From the IMG/VR virus record IMGVR_UViG_3300021431_000002: a stretch of DNA of 64,000 nt; one strand, given 5' to 3'. A program made the translations under genes and the position numbers. Source of the DNA: a virus. Lineage: Duplodnaviria; Heunggongvirae; Uroviricota; Caudoviricetes. Every line of letters begins with the position of its first letter. Position 1 is the stretch's first letter. Of the stretch, positions 1-9,399 are shown in pieces. Under the pieces are notes generated by a model. It had not been told where the DNA came from, made no database searches, and was given only the letters and a program-made list of their open reading frames with translations.

Positions 1-21
1 AAATACAATAATTTTATTTTT

Positions 22-456
22 TTATTTTATTTTTTTTAATATTATATTATTTGTTTCGTTTTTCCTAAGAGGAAATTGTTTTACTAGTTTCAACCCTTCT
101 TGAGCTATGACCACACCATGTTTAAACCTATCTTGAATGTAGCAGAGTATAGATTTGTCTCGTTCATGTTCAGCAATTTTTATTATCTTGAAAAGTTGTT
201 TATCACCTTCTTGTCTTCTTTTTTCTGTTTTTTTGAAACTACCAGGAGAATAATATGGGAAATCGCTGCTATTCGTAAAATAACGGAATGCTTCAATATA
301 TCTAGGATAAACATCCCTCCAATTTCTAACACGAACAATATCACCAATCCTAAAAGGCAAACAATCTCTACCCCCACTAGCTTTGTAGTAAATAAACACT
401 TCTTTAGCTCTAGGGTTTGAACGTTTCACTGATTGTATCTGTGTTAATTGGCTCAT
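22..456 (-). CDS. hypothetical protein, tandem paralog A (144 aa)
   Basis: ORF in track. About 60% identical to the adjacent ORF 453..887, sharing MSQLTQIQ...GDIVRV...QEGDKQLFKII..IAEHE...GLKLVKQFPLRKNET. Confidence 0.6.
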   Translation of the reverse strand: MSQLTQIQSVKRSNPRAKEVFIYYKASGGRDCLPFRIGDIVRVRNWRDVYPRYIEAFRYFTNSSDFPYYSPGSFKKTEKRRQEGDKQLFKIIKIAEHERDKSILCYIQDRFKHGVVIAQEGLKLVKQFPLRKNETNNIILKKIK

Positions 457-887
457 AGCCCTGTTTCATTTATTTTTTTTAATACTATGTTAATTGTTTC
501 ATTTTTCCTAAGAGGAAACTGCTTTACTAGTTTTAACCCTTCTGGAGCTATGACCACACCACGTTTAAGCCTATCTTGAATATAGCAAACTATATCTCCA
601 CTCATAAGCTCATGCTCTGCAATATTTATTATCTTGAAAAGTTGTTTATCACCTTCTTGTTCTCTTTTATAAAAAGAATAATATGGGGTTTCCCTACTTC
701 CTGTTAGAAAAACGAATGCTTTTGTGTAAGAAGAGTAACAGTAACCCCAATCTGTAACACGAACAATATCGCCAACTCTAAATGGAAAATATTTTGTTCT
801 TCCATAAGAGGTTTGATACATAAAAACTTGTTCAATATTCGAGTCTAGGTGACGTTGTTGCGCTTGTATCTGTGTTAATTGGCTCAT
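453..887 (-). CDS. hypothetical protein, tandem paralog B. Start placed at the internal MSQLTQIQ Met rather than the ORF-track start at 986
   Basis: Protein and DNA similarity to 22..456. An ATG at 887 matches the start of the paralog. Confidence 0.55.
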   Translation of the reverse strand: MSQLTQIQAQQRHLDSNIEQVFMYQTSYGRTKYFPFRVGDIVRVTDWGYCYSSYTKAFVFLTGSRETPYYSFYKREQEGDKQLFKIINIAEHELMSGDIVCYIQDRLKRGVVIAPEGLKLVKQFPLRKNETINIVLKKINETGL

Positions 888-1077
888 AGTCTCTTTCCTC
901 TGTTTCTTCAACGTTACCGTATGGGTAACTCCTAGAGTTATTATAATATGGGTTATACCTATCAGTTTGGTTTTTTGATAGTTCACCCATAAAATAGCAT
1001 CCCTCTACGCAGCCACCCATTAGGCATAACAAAAGCAATGTTCTGATAATACCTCTAAATAAATCTCTAGCCATCAC
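832..1077 (-). CDS. small putative secreted protein or lipoprotein (81 aa)
   Basis: Hydrophobic N-terminus (IIRTLLLLCLMGGC). The start ATG overlaps the stop of the upstream ligase gene (ATGA), suggesting translational coupling. Confidence 0.35.
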   Translation of the reverse strand: MMARDLFRGIIRTLLLLCLMGGCVEGCYFMGELSKNQTDRYNPYYNNSRSYPYGNVEETEERDYEPINTDTSATTSPRLEY

Positions 1078-1979
1078 TCTACCTTAATGTTTTCGATATT
1101 TTCGTGATACCATGTATTAAACTCTTCAAACTCTTCGTCTGAAAACTCTTTACGCACGGTGTCATACTCAATGTAATCACAGTATTTAACTTTTACAATG
1201 ATTCTCTTACCGCTTCCATTACAGAGTGGAATTACTGGGCGAGCAACAATACCCTCCTCAATCATAGTTGGGTCAGCAGCACCCTCAAACTGAGTTGTAA
1301 AACCACTTCTAACCTTATCTTCGATTTCCTTGAGCGCCATTATACCCAAGAAAGGAACAGTGCCTAGTCCAAGACCCTTACACAATGAGTCTCTTACATC
1401 CTTTGGTGTCCACCAACCTTGCTGTTTGATGTCAAACACACGGAATGCATTACCATTCTGAATGTAACGAGAACCGCACTTCTGAATACCAGTACCAAAA
1501 TACTCTCCGTAGATATAAACTGGAACCTCTTCAAGGGTTACACGATACATATCGGAACATAATGTTTCTGCTTTATTTCCATCGAGCCTATAGTACTCTA
1601 TTTTATTTGTTTCCTTATCTTTTACTGGAGTAAATCTAGCACTCTCTTTGGGGAACATTGCGCAAAGTTGTGGCTTGATACGCTCACCAATTTCTTGCAG
1701 CATTTCGAACTGTCCATGCATAGAGCTTGATTTCTCGTTTTTACCTTCAACGCGAATCTCTTGGGTAGATGGGAAAAACGCAATCTTAGAGTTCGTGCCA
1801 TCAATCTTGCTATATGCCTCCCAAGGACAATTGAAAAGGTAACTAGCCTCAATGTTTGAGAACTCGCCCAAGATTATCTTATTTTTGAATTTAAGCCACT
1901 TCTTGTTTGGGCATTTGCTACCATCAAAAATGTACCTTTTGTACATTGTATCAATTTTTTGATAAACTTCTAGACTCAT
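1074..1979 (-). CDS. ATP-dependent RNA ligase (Rnl-like nucleotidyltransferase)
   Basis: Covalent nucleotidyltransferase motifs: KIDGTN (motif I, KxDG), EGIVARP (motif IV), KVKYCD (motif V). Size 301 aa. Confidence 0.7.
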   Translation of the reverse strand: MSLEVYQKIDTMYKRYIFDGSKCPNKKWLKFKNKIILGEFSNIEASYLFNCPWEAYSKIDGTNSKIAFFPSTQEIRVEGKNEKSSSMHGQFEMLQEIGERIKPQLCAMFPKESARFTPVKDKETNKIEYYRLDGNKAETLCSDMYRVTLEEVPVYIYGEYFGTGIQKCGSRYIQNGNAFRVFDIKQQGWWTPKDVRDSLCKGLGLGTVPFLGIMALKEIEDKVRSGFTTQFEGAADPTMIEEGIVARPVIPLCNGSGKRIIVKVKYCDYIEYDTVRKEFSDEEFEEFNTWYHENIENIKVE

Positions 1980-1998
1980 AAATTTTATTTCTAACTAA

Positions 1999-2202
1999 TT
2001 ATTCTGTTTCTCCTCTCCACAAATTATTTTCCATTTTGTCGGAATGGGAAAATTCTATAATTTCGTCAATGTTATCACATTTAATTTTTTTCAGCACATC
2101 CAATTCAATTTCTCCATTATTGATGTCCTCAACAAGAGACAGCAATGTTCTATATGGGGTTAATAAATTTCTAAGATGTGCCCCTAAAGTTTCTGTTGCC
2201 AT
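1999..2202 (-). CDS. small hypothetical protein. The start is probably internal, because the N-terminal extension of ORF 1999..2253 is the reverse complement of a tRNA
   Basis: The ORF overlaps the tRNA at 2218..2302. Confidence 0.25.
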   Translation of the reverse strand: MATETLGAHLRNLLTPYRTLLSLVEDINNGEIELDVLKKIKCDNIDEIIEFSHSDKMENNLWRGETE

Positions 2203-2217
2203 TTTTTTATTAATTAG

Positions 2218-2302
2218 TAGGACAATGTGGACTCGAACCACAGACCTCCCCATACTAGTGTTTCCACGTTCTGGTGTACTCTACCAACTGAGCTATCGTC
2301 CT
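2218..2302 (-). tRNA. tRNA of about 85 nt with an extended variable region. Anticodon not resolved by hand
   Basis: Acceptor AGGACGA/TTGTCCT, D-arm GCTCAGTTGGTAGAGT, T-arm TGTGG-TTCGAGT-CCACA. Confidence 0.5.
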
Positions 2303-2562
2303 TAATGCAATCTTCATGCGGCTAGCGTTTCCTTCTTCCGCACTCATCTAAGTAATTGCTTGATAACTGACTGTTTTACAATCTCGGTCAAACTAACTCC
2401 ATTGCAAGCATCAATCTGTTCCGAAGTCGAGACTGTTATATCTTAGCAATGTCGTGTGGCAGGACTGCCCTCACCACGTCTTTCAGTTACCGTTTTGAAG
2501 CTTCATGGTGCAAATGTACGAAATTAAATTGATATATCCAAATTTTTTTATCTTAAAAAACG

Positions 2563-3267
2563 TTAATTTTTATAGATTTTTATTGTTACTCCTGCACAAT
2601 ATACCAACAATAACCCTAACATTGTTATCAATACAGAACATCCCCACATATAGTATATAAGGCAGAACATTAAAACAAGCCCAACTACAGTAGAACCTAT
2701 TCCGAATAGGAATTGATAATACAATAACGAGTGCTTTATTGGATAAGATTTCTTACTCAAGTAATCTTCAGCATAGAAGCTTAAAAAATTAGTTATACTA
2801 CTTCTATAATTTAATTTTTCCCATTTTTTAACATCATAATTGTTTATATAAATCATTCTGCAAAGTATTTTAAGCCTTTTTATCAAATCAGAATCATTTC
2901 TCATATTATACAATGTGATGCCTTTCAAATAAATAGGAGAGTCGTCTCTTAGCGCACTTCTTTTTTGTCCTGGAGGAACGTCTTTTATCGAATATCTCAT
3001 GCGGAATAGACCAAAAACTTTTTTGTTTTTTAACGCCCTACAAAAATCTTGCACTAGTTGGTGATTTTTACTAATCCCACAGAATTCAGAATCAATATCA
3101 GCATATGGGTCTTTTTTTATTTGTTCTTCCACCTTTTTAGCTTTTTTTAGTTTTCTTTTTATTCTAAGTTGTCTTAGTTTCTTGCTTTTTCTCATCCTTT
3201 TTGAAGACTTCTTTAAATGGACTAATAATGTTTTTCCAACTAAAGATTCTGTTAAGGATTCCTTCAT
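2563..3267 (-). CDS. membrane protein with a lysine-rich N-terminal region and two C-terminal transmembrane segments
   Basis: ORF in track. C-terminal hydrophobic stretches. Start uncertain because it overlaps 3164..3427. Confidence 0.4.
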   Translation of the reverse strand: MKESLTESLVGKTLLVHLKKSSKRMRKSKKLRQLRIKRKLKKAKKVEEQIKKDPYADIDSEFCGISKNHQLVQDFCRALKNKKVFGLFRMRYSIKDVPPGQKRSALRDDSPIYLKGITLYNMRNDSDLIKRLKILCRMIYINNYDVKKWEKLNYRSSITNFLSFYAEDYLSKKSYPIKHSLLYYQFLFGIGSTVVGLVLMFCLIYYMWGCSVLITMLGLLLVYCAGVTIKIYKN

Positions 3268-3427
3268 CTTCTAAATCCATAACAAGACTTTCCAAAATGC
3301 TTAATTTCTCTTTATATATTGCTGTTTCCTTTGAAACATCAACTAGAGTTTGTTCCAATGACTTAACTTTGCTTTTCAAGTCATTATACTCTTTCATTGG
3401 TATCTCTATCCTTGCCATATTACCCAA
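3164..3427 (-). CDS. small coiled-coil protein (87 aa)
   Basis: ORF in track with heptad-like charged composition. Confidence 0.35.
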   Translation of the reverse strand: MGNMARIEIPMKEYNDLKSKVKSLEQTLVDVSKETAIYKEKLSILESLVMDLEDEGILNRIFSWKNIISPFKEVFKKDEKKQETKTT

Positions 3428-3995
3428 TATTGACTCTTTCTGAATTATTGATAAAGTTTATAACTTTTTCCTCCCCATCTTTTGTTATTGCTGGGCAAAA
3501 ATCAATAAGAACGTGGAAATTAACATTTGGAAATGCCCTTAAACCATCTTTCAATGAATCAAAAAGACACACGTCTAAAGCAATGCCAGCCAAATCAATA
3601 TCAGTTACTTTCATCATTTCACAAATATTACTAAGTAATGCATTAGACTTTTCATTCTTAAACACTGAATATTCCTCGTGGTCTTCATCGACCCCTTTAG
3701 TCAAGACAATATAGTCACTATTAATAGCGTTCAAAGCATCAATAATTGGCTGATAGATTGCTGCATCATGCGTATGTTGTACGCAATGTTCAGGCCATAC
3801 CCCACCGTTTGCCTTGAATGAACAATGTGTATGCGGATGCCAATCTGCTGTTAGAAATATCTTATCATATGCTGGACCGTTTTCACGTATAAATTCAGCA
3901 AGACGATTCATTTTATGGGTTGCACCTTCCACTGGAAGATTACCGCCCTCTAGAAAACCATATTGACAATCTATTAAAATCAAAATTTTATTCAT
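3420..3995 (-). CDS. pncA: nicotinamidase/pyrazinamidase (isochorismatase family)
   Basis: Motifs DCQYGF, ADWHPHTHCSF, EHCVQHTHDAAI, and the catalytic Cys region VTDIDLAGIALDVC. Confidence 0.7.
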   Translation of the reverse strand: MNKILILIDCQYGFLEGGNLPVEGATHKMNRLAEFIRENGPAYDKIFLTADWHPHTHCSFKANGGVWPEHCVQHTHDAAIYQPIIDALNAINSDYIVLTKGVDEDHEEYSVFKNEKSNALLSNICEMMKVTDIDLAGIALDVCLFDSLKDGLRAFPNVNFHVLIDFCPAITKDGEEKVINFINNSERVNIG

Positions 3996-4007
3996 AATTT
4001 ATTCTGT

Positions 4008-4502
4008 TTAATTATTATTATTTTCACATGCGACAGCAGCAGTGGTAAGATTTCCAACAATTTCTGCTATAGCATCATTTTTAATCTCTGCTTCTTTCTC
4101 AGCCTCTTTTGGTTTTTTGACCTCTCTTGACTTTGATGTTTTTTTGGTCTCTTTTGGTTTTTTGACCTCTCTTGACTTTGGTGCTTTTTTAACTTTAATT
4201 GTTTTTGATGTAGTCTTTTTTTGCGTTTCTTGAGTGTTTACAACATCATCAGTAGGCATTTCCACTGTTTCATTTAATGCCTCTGTATCAATAGTTTTTT
4301 CTTCATTATTGATGGTTGTTTTCTTTTCATTTGCTAACTCCTCAAGTTCTTTCATGAATTTCTCTTTTTCTTGTTTCACCTTATACTCAGTAATATCATA
4401 TGTAACACAAGAATTATGATATTTTTTCGCAAATAGGGTCATACAAGAATCAGTTTCTGTCTTAAGACCCTTGCAAGGACAGTTTTTACATAGTGTACCC
4501 AT
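4008..4502 (-). CDS. Cys-rich (CxxC) protein with a C-terminal basic KKPKE/SREVKKPK tandem repeat. Possible DNA-binding protein
   Basis: N-terminal CKNCPCKG...C...C. The C-terminal repeat is encoded by a DNA direct repeat at 4090-4200. Confidence 0.4.
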   Translation of the reverse strand: MGTLCKNCPCKGLKTETDSCMTLFAKKYHNSCVTYDITEYKVKQEKEKFMKELEELANEKKTTINNEEKTIDTEALNETVEMPTDDVVNTQETQKKTTSKTIKVKKAPKSREVKKPKETKKTSKSREVKKPKEAEKEAEIKNDAIAEIVGNLTTAAVACENNNN

Positions 4503-4624
4503 AGTTTTTCTTTTTTATGCAAATATACTAAAAATAATTTAAATATAAAAATATTATATTATATATTATATTTTATTAATATTATTTAATATATTATATT
4601 ATTATAATTAAAGAACCTAATGGG

Positions 4625-6031
4625 TCATACCGTTAGGCTCTTTAATTTATTTTCAACAATCTCAAATGCTTCATCTTTAGTCATATTAGGATTTTCAAAA
4701 TATGCTTCTTTAACAGCCTCTAAAAGTATTCCAATATTTGGTCCACTTTTTAAATGAAATTCCTTCAAAATATCGTCTCCAGAGATAGGAAGTTTAACAT
4801 TTGCTGCTTTTTCAGCATCTTCCATTTCCTCTATTCTATTGAGAATATCAAGAACTTGCCGTTTTTTCTTACCAAAGGTGCAATAAAGATTATTGGCGTT
4901 CATTAGGTCAGCAGTTGCCCCCAAATCATCACCAGTTAAGTTGATAAATTTTCTAATCTTCTTATCTGGCGGTAATACGCCATCGGCATAACTTGCAAAA
5001 CCTCTATGATGCTTAATGGCTGTTTCAACAGATTTGATGATATAATTAGGGTATTTCATGTCCTTCAAGTCGCTTGCAGCAATTTCTGCACTAAACTTAT
5101 CTGGCATCACATCCCTACGTTTCTCTGTTATAATTCTACCAACATCATGGAACAAAGCAGCCAATCTATTTTCAAGATATGGTTGAACAGTATCTAGCAC
5201 ATTCATTGTATGGTCAAATGTGCTAACCATAGGATTCCTTGACTCATAGGCGTAGGTTGTATCATAAATGTCTGGCATCACTCTATGCAAAATGCCACAG
5301 AAATACATTTTCCGAATACCGATACTTGGTTTTTCACAAAGTAGAATCTTGGATATTTCCTCACTGATTCTTTCTTGTGAAATGATTTGAATACGGTGCG
5401 CATTTTTAACCATCCCTAACCAAGTGTTTTTTTCAATATCCCAACCGAATCTAGTTGAAAAACGAATTACACGTAGGATTCTCAATGGGTCATCATTGAA
5501 CGTAACATCTGGGTCAGTTGGAGTCTTTATTACTTGATTTACTAAGTCATCTATAGAGCCGTTAAAATCATGTATTTTCTCTGTGCTGATGTTATAATAC
5601 AGAGAATTGATGGTAAGGTCACGCCTTTTTGCATCCTCTTCAAGACTTCCGAATACAGTTTCTGGGTTTCTGCTTTCCTTGTGGTACTGTTCCTTTCTAG
5701 TTTGGACACATTCAATCTCTATATCTTTGAATTCATCGTTCTTGAACAATTGGAACTTCGCAGTTCCATAGTTTTCAAACACTACTGGATTAGTATTCTG
5801 AATAAAACACTGGTGTTTTATTGCCATATATACAGCAAACAGCATTCCACCGTTTTTCATTTCAACAACGATGTCAATGTCTTTAATGGGTAATCCTAAC
5901 AATGCATCACGCACACAACCGCCAACTAAATATACTTTCCCTTCAAAATGGGTGTTTTTGATTGACGCTTGTATGAGGTCAACTAAGTGTTTGATTCTAT
6001 CATCAACTTTTTTAAATAATAGTTCGTTCAT
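4625..6031 (-). CDS. cca: CCA-adding enzyme / tRNA nucleotidyltransferase (PolyA_pol head domain plus HD domain)
   Basis: GGCVRDALLGLPIKDIDIVV head-domain signature. FHDVGR HD motif downstream. Confidence 0.75.
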   Translation of the reverse strand: MNELLFKKVDDRIKHLVDLIQASIKNTHFEGKVYLVGGCVRDALLGLPIKDIDIVVEMKNGGMLFAVYMAIKHQCFIQNTNPVVFENYGTAKFQLFKNDEFKDIEIECVQTRKEQYHKESRNPETVFGSLEEDAKRRDLTINSLYYNISTEKIHDFNGSIDDLVNQVIKTPTDPDVTFNDDPLRILRVIRFSTRFGWDIEKNTWLGMVKNAHRIQIISQERISEEISKILLCEKPSIGIRKMYFCGILHRVMPDIYDTTYAYESRNPMVSTFDHTMNVLDTVQPYLENRLAALFHDVGRIITEKRRDVMPDKFSAEIAASDLKDMKYPNYIIKSVETAIKHHRGFASYADGVLPPDKKIRKFINLTGDDLGATADLMNANNLYCTFGKKKRQVLDILNRIEEMEDAEKAANVKLPISGDDILKEFHLKSGPNIGILLEAVKEAYFENPNMTKDEAFEIVENKLKSLTV

Positions 6032-6032
6032 T

Positions 6033-6989
6033 TTATTTTATTAATTCTAACGGATACATAAATTTAGCCAATTCGTGGTCATAGTAGAAAACTAAGTCAG
6101 AATCGTTTATTTCCATCCCATTGAGTAGTTTATACACTTGTGGGTAATAAGTGTCAGGAACGCAATGTAAAGTGTGTTTCCTGCCATTTAAATAATCTTC
6201 TTTAATATATGCCGTGACAATTCTGTCAGAAACTCCACGTTTGAAGTCTTGAGACATAAGTTTAAATTTATTAACTCTAAATCGGAATCCCATAAACTCT
6301 TCGTTAGTAACAGCAAGTTTTTTAAATTCCTCTTCTGTACCCAAGAACTTGAGAATAATTTCATCAGTCTTGATAGAGTAGAGTTTCATTTTATCATCAA
6401 ATCTTTCGGCAAGTTTCTTTGCAAACTTATTAGATATTAATTTCTCAATGGCAGATGTCCTTTTACCGTTAAGTTTACCAAACAGCATTTGTCTAAGTTG
6501 TTTTGCGTGTTTGAAATACTCTATGTCAGTGAATTTCTCGATAAACTCTTCATAGGTATCACAATCCTTTACAATTGCTGGGTCTGCATAATTTAATGCT
6601 TGGAAGTTTGCCTTAATCATGTCATAAGACACAAAAAAACAATTACACTGTTCCTTCGTATAAAGCTCTGGAGAACCTACAATTGGTGTCTCTGAAGCTA
6701 TCTCACTCTTAGCACCATTAAATGCCTTGTAAGCCTCGGAGTTGAGTATATAGGCTAATATTTGGTCTTCTATATTATGCCGATACTCAAGGAATTTCTG
6801 CATATTACCGTCAAATTTATCCCTAACAGTTTCTAACAAGGTGAGATATTTTGTTTTTGCCCCACAATCATCCTCAAGTAGTGTTATATGCTCGTCAAAA
6901 TAAGGCGATTGAACTACTTGGATAGGCAAATTGAAATCTTTAACAAATTTACTTCTAAATTGTTTGAGTAACAGTGTATTTTCAGTCAT
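6033..6989 (-). CDS. hypothetical protein (318 aa)
   Basis: ORF in track. Stop codon overlaps the start of the cca gene. Confidence 0.5.
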   Translation of the reverse strand: MTENTLLLKQFRSKFVKDFNLPIQVVQSPYFDEHITLLEDDCGAKTKYLTLLETVRDKFDGNMQKFLEYRHNIEDQILAYILNSEAYKAFNGAKSEIASETPIVGSPELYTKEQCNCFFVSYDMIKANFQALNYADPAIVKDCDTYEEFIEKFTDIEYFKHAKQLRQMLFGKLNGKRTSAIEKLISNKFAKKLAERFDDKMKLYSIKTDEIILKFLGTEEEFKKLAVTNEEFMGFRFRVNKFKLMSQDFKRGVSDRIVTAYIKEDYLNGRKHTLHCVPDTYYPQVYKLLNGMEINDSDLVFYYDHELAKFMYPLELIK

Positions 6990-7070
6990 AATCAGTTTAC
7001 ATTTTACGTTAATGCAAATATATGAAAAAAACGTGAGACTGCAAAATTATCTCACGTTTTTTAATTTTTT

Positions 7071-7835
7071 TTAACCATTATTGATTGAGCATTCAAAAAT
7101 GGTAACTAAATCATTTGGTTTGAGACCTTCCACGAATCTAGAATAGAATTCATTTATCCATTCTTTTTCATCCCCAGAGGAATCTACGTCAACCCATCCA
7201 TTTTCATCTGCATAGGCATAGTTCCAATATGAAGTGCTATAGGTGACATAATCCTCTTTTGACTTGAAATTACTGAAATAGGCTTCTTTATCCTTCATTG
7301 ATTCGTAAATGGTCTTCTCTTGGTCGTTTTGCGGCTCTCTACCATCTACCACAAGTTCCCAAGCTGCTTCATATACCTCTTTGTTAGCACCATTCATTGC
7401 ATCCCAATCAATATCTTTAGCCAATGCACTATATGATTCACTGCCATCTTTTAGTTTAAGAGGAATGCAGAAATTTCTTCCAATCCTACAAGTATTATAT
7501 TTGACGTATGGGTTTTCGTCTGATAATGCATCACCATTTTCATCATAGTACATACCATCGGTAAGTTCTCTGTAGTATTCAAATGGAGATAGTTTTTTGA
7601 TGGTGTCTAGCCTATCTTCCACAGCCTCTTTGGTTATTGGTAAATCTATTTTGTCAATATTTGCTAATATGGTATCAAGTGTTTTAATTGCGGTATCTTG
7701 ATATTTTTTAGCGTTTAGGTATTTGTATTTTACATATGGTTCTGTTTTGTATTCAGAACCATATTTTTCCACTATGCTTTTAGGGTTTTCACCGACAACC
7801 ATCAACGAATAAAATTTACTATTGGTTTGTGCCAT
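7071..7835 (-). CDS. hypothetical protein (254 aa)
   Basis: ORF in track. Confidence 0.5.
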   Translation of the reverse strand: MAQTNSKFYSLMVVGENPKSIVEKYGSEYKTEPYVKYKYLNAKKYQDTAIKTLDTILANIDKIDLPITKEAVEDRLDTIKKLSPFEYYRELTDGMYYDENGDALSDENPYVKYNTCRIGRNFCIPLKLKDGSESYSALAKDIDWDAMNGANKEVYEAAWELVVDGREPQNDQEKTIYESMKDKEAYFSNFKSKEDYVTYSTSYWNYAYADENGWVDVDSSGDEKEWINEFYSRFVEGLKPNDLVTIFECSINNG

Positions 7836-9255
7836 TTTCTCCTCCTACATCTATTGTTAATGCTTCTCTAGGAACTCCAGTTATTGCGTTAAGGTCTCCT
7901 CGCAATCTTTCATAGGTCGCTTCAACAGTTGCTATATTATCTTCAGCTATAGCATAACGTCCAGGTTGTTCCCAATAATGTACCACACTAGGACCAAAAT
8001 ATGGTACTCCATTCATTTCATCAGCATTACCGCCAATCTCTTGCGCTGTTTCAATATTTGGATTTGCCATTTCAAAATCTTCCTCCACTTCTCTTTCTTC
8101 ATTATCTTCAGCAGGACCATCTTCATCAGTTTCTTCATCAGCATTGCCAAAAATAGCATCATTAGTAAAAGCATCCCTAAAATTCCCTATTGTTGATGAA
8201 ACGGTATAATAACTTTTTTTATCTATCGAAAATTCATTTTCTTTAAGCTGTTTAGAAAAGTCGATGTTAAAGTAGTCTGCTGCTGCGTTATTAAAGTTGA
8301 AAAACTGAAACGAGCACAATGACTGAAATAAAATGTCGTTAATTACGGATTGATTGGATTCATCAAACCTACTATAAGTCCAGATATAAGGTTTGCTTTT
8401 ACTTTCAATCATTCTATTATATATTTTATCCATTACCACTCTTTCATCGTTAAGGTCATTTAAAAGAGTCTTATCTTTTGTGACCCAAGGGCTTTTCTTG
8501 AAAGCGTTTGTTCCTGGATATGCGAATGATGGCGAACTAGGCGTAATAATACAAGATATTTTATATTCGGAAAGTATTTCATTTATCCCATCTTCATCAA
8601 ATCTCATACGTTCATTTACCCAAAACATTTTTTTACCTATTCTTTTTTCTTGCTCAGATTTCCAAAGCCTATCCAATGAAACTTGACCACCGATACATAA
8701 ACAGTTGAATTTGTTTAGTTTAACCACAGAATAATCTTGAATAGTTTTCACATTACTAAGATTAAGTAATTCATCCGTAAAATATTTGGGGTCATCATTA
8801 CCTCTCACAAATAGGATATGCGTGTTATTATCGGCTAACACATCATTTAGCATATTAAATTTGTCATAATAATATTTCAAATCGTTTTGACCAAATGTAT
8901 TTGAGCCATTGACAATTAACACTGCGTTATCTAAAGAATAGCCACAATATTTTGGATGTTTGCTCATTTTGTTTACACACCTTCTAATGGTATTGCCATG
9001 TTGGTCACGAGGTTGTGGAATACCGCCACCTATGCCAAATGGGTTGTGTATACCACCAAATAATGATTGGGTCTCTTCTTCTTGTTTTCTTCTAATCCTT
9101 TCTTGTCTTTCTATTTCTTTTGGGTGCTGCTCAACTTTATATTTACTTATGTTGGTTAGACTTCCAACAATCATTTTAACAAAACGGTCAACGTTCCCAT
9201 TAATGCTTCCGCATATTAAACAAGTCTTGATTTTACCATAATCATAAATTTTCAT
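7819..9255 (-). CDS. putative calcineurin-like metallophosphoesterase
   Basis: GSINGNVDRF (GDxxDRG-like) and ILFVRGNDD (GNHD/E-like) motifs. Adjacent to cca and the ligase. Confidence 0.35.
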   Translation of the reverse strand: MKIYDYGKIKTCLICGSINGNVDRFVKMIVGSLTNISKYKVEQHPKEIERQERIRRKQEEETQSLFGGIHNPFGIGGGIPQPRDQHGNTIRRCVNKMSKHPKYCGYSLDNAVLIVNGSNTFGQNDLKYYYDKFNMLNDVLADNNTHILFVRGNDDPKYFTDELLNLSNVKTIQDYSVVKLNKFNCLCIGGQVSLDRLWKSEQEKRIGKKMFWVNERMRFDEDGINEILSEYKISCIITPSSPSFAYPGTNAFKKSPWVTKDKTLLNDLNDERVVMDKIYNRMIESKSKPYIWTYSRFDESNQSVINDILFQSLCSFQFFNFNNAAADYFNIDFSKQLKENEFSIDKKSYYTVSSTIGNFRDAFTNDAIFGNADEETDEDGPAEDNEEREVEEDFEMANPNIETAQEIGGNADEMNGVPYFGPSVVHYWEQPGRYAIAEDNIATVEATYERLRGDLNAITGVPREALTIDVGGENGTNQ

Positions 9256-9299
9256 AACAAATTAGGTTTTAATTGTTTAACATAAAATTTTCTTTTTGC

Positions 9300-9332
9300 A
9301 AAGATATGTTTTTTTTTCTTAAAAAACAAATG
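9300..9332 (-). promoter_or_regulatory. Bacteroidetes-type promoter (-7 TATCTTTGCA on the minus strand)
   Basis: tgcaaagata at 9300-9309 on the plus strand, with a TTTG-containing -33 box downstream. Directly upstream of 7819..9255. Confidence 0.45.
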
Positions 9333-9399
9333 AAAAGATAAAAAAAATGAGTGATGAAATTATTTTTTTTTCTTTATTCATCACTCATTTTGATGTTAA

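Noticed and set aside
1999-2253. N-terminal parts of ORFs 1999..2253, 30142..30534, 30905..31348, 54152..54571 and 57071..57397.
   Set aside because: The 5' extensions are reverse-complement translations of tRNA genes. The starts were moved to internal Met codons.
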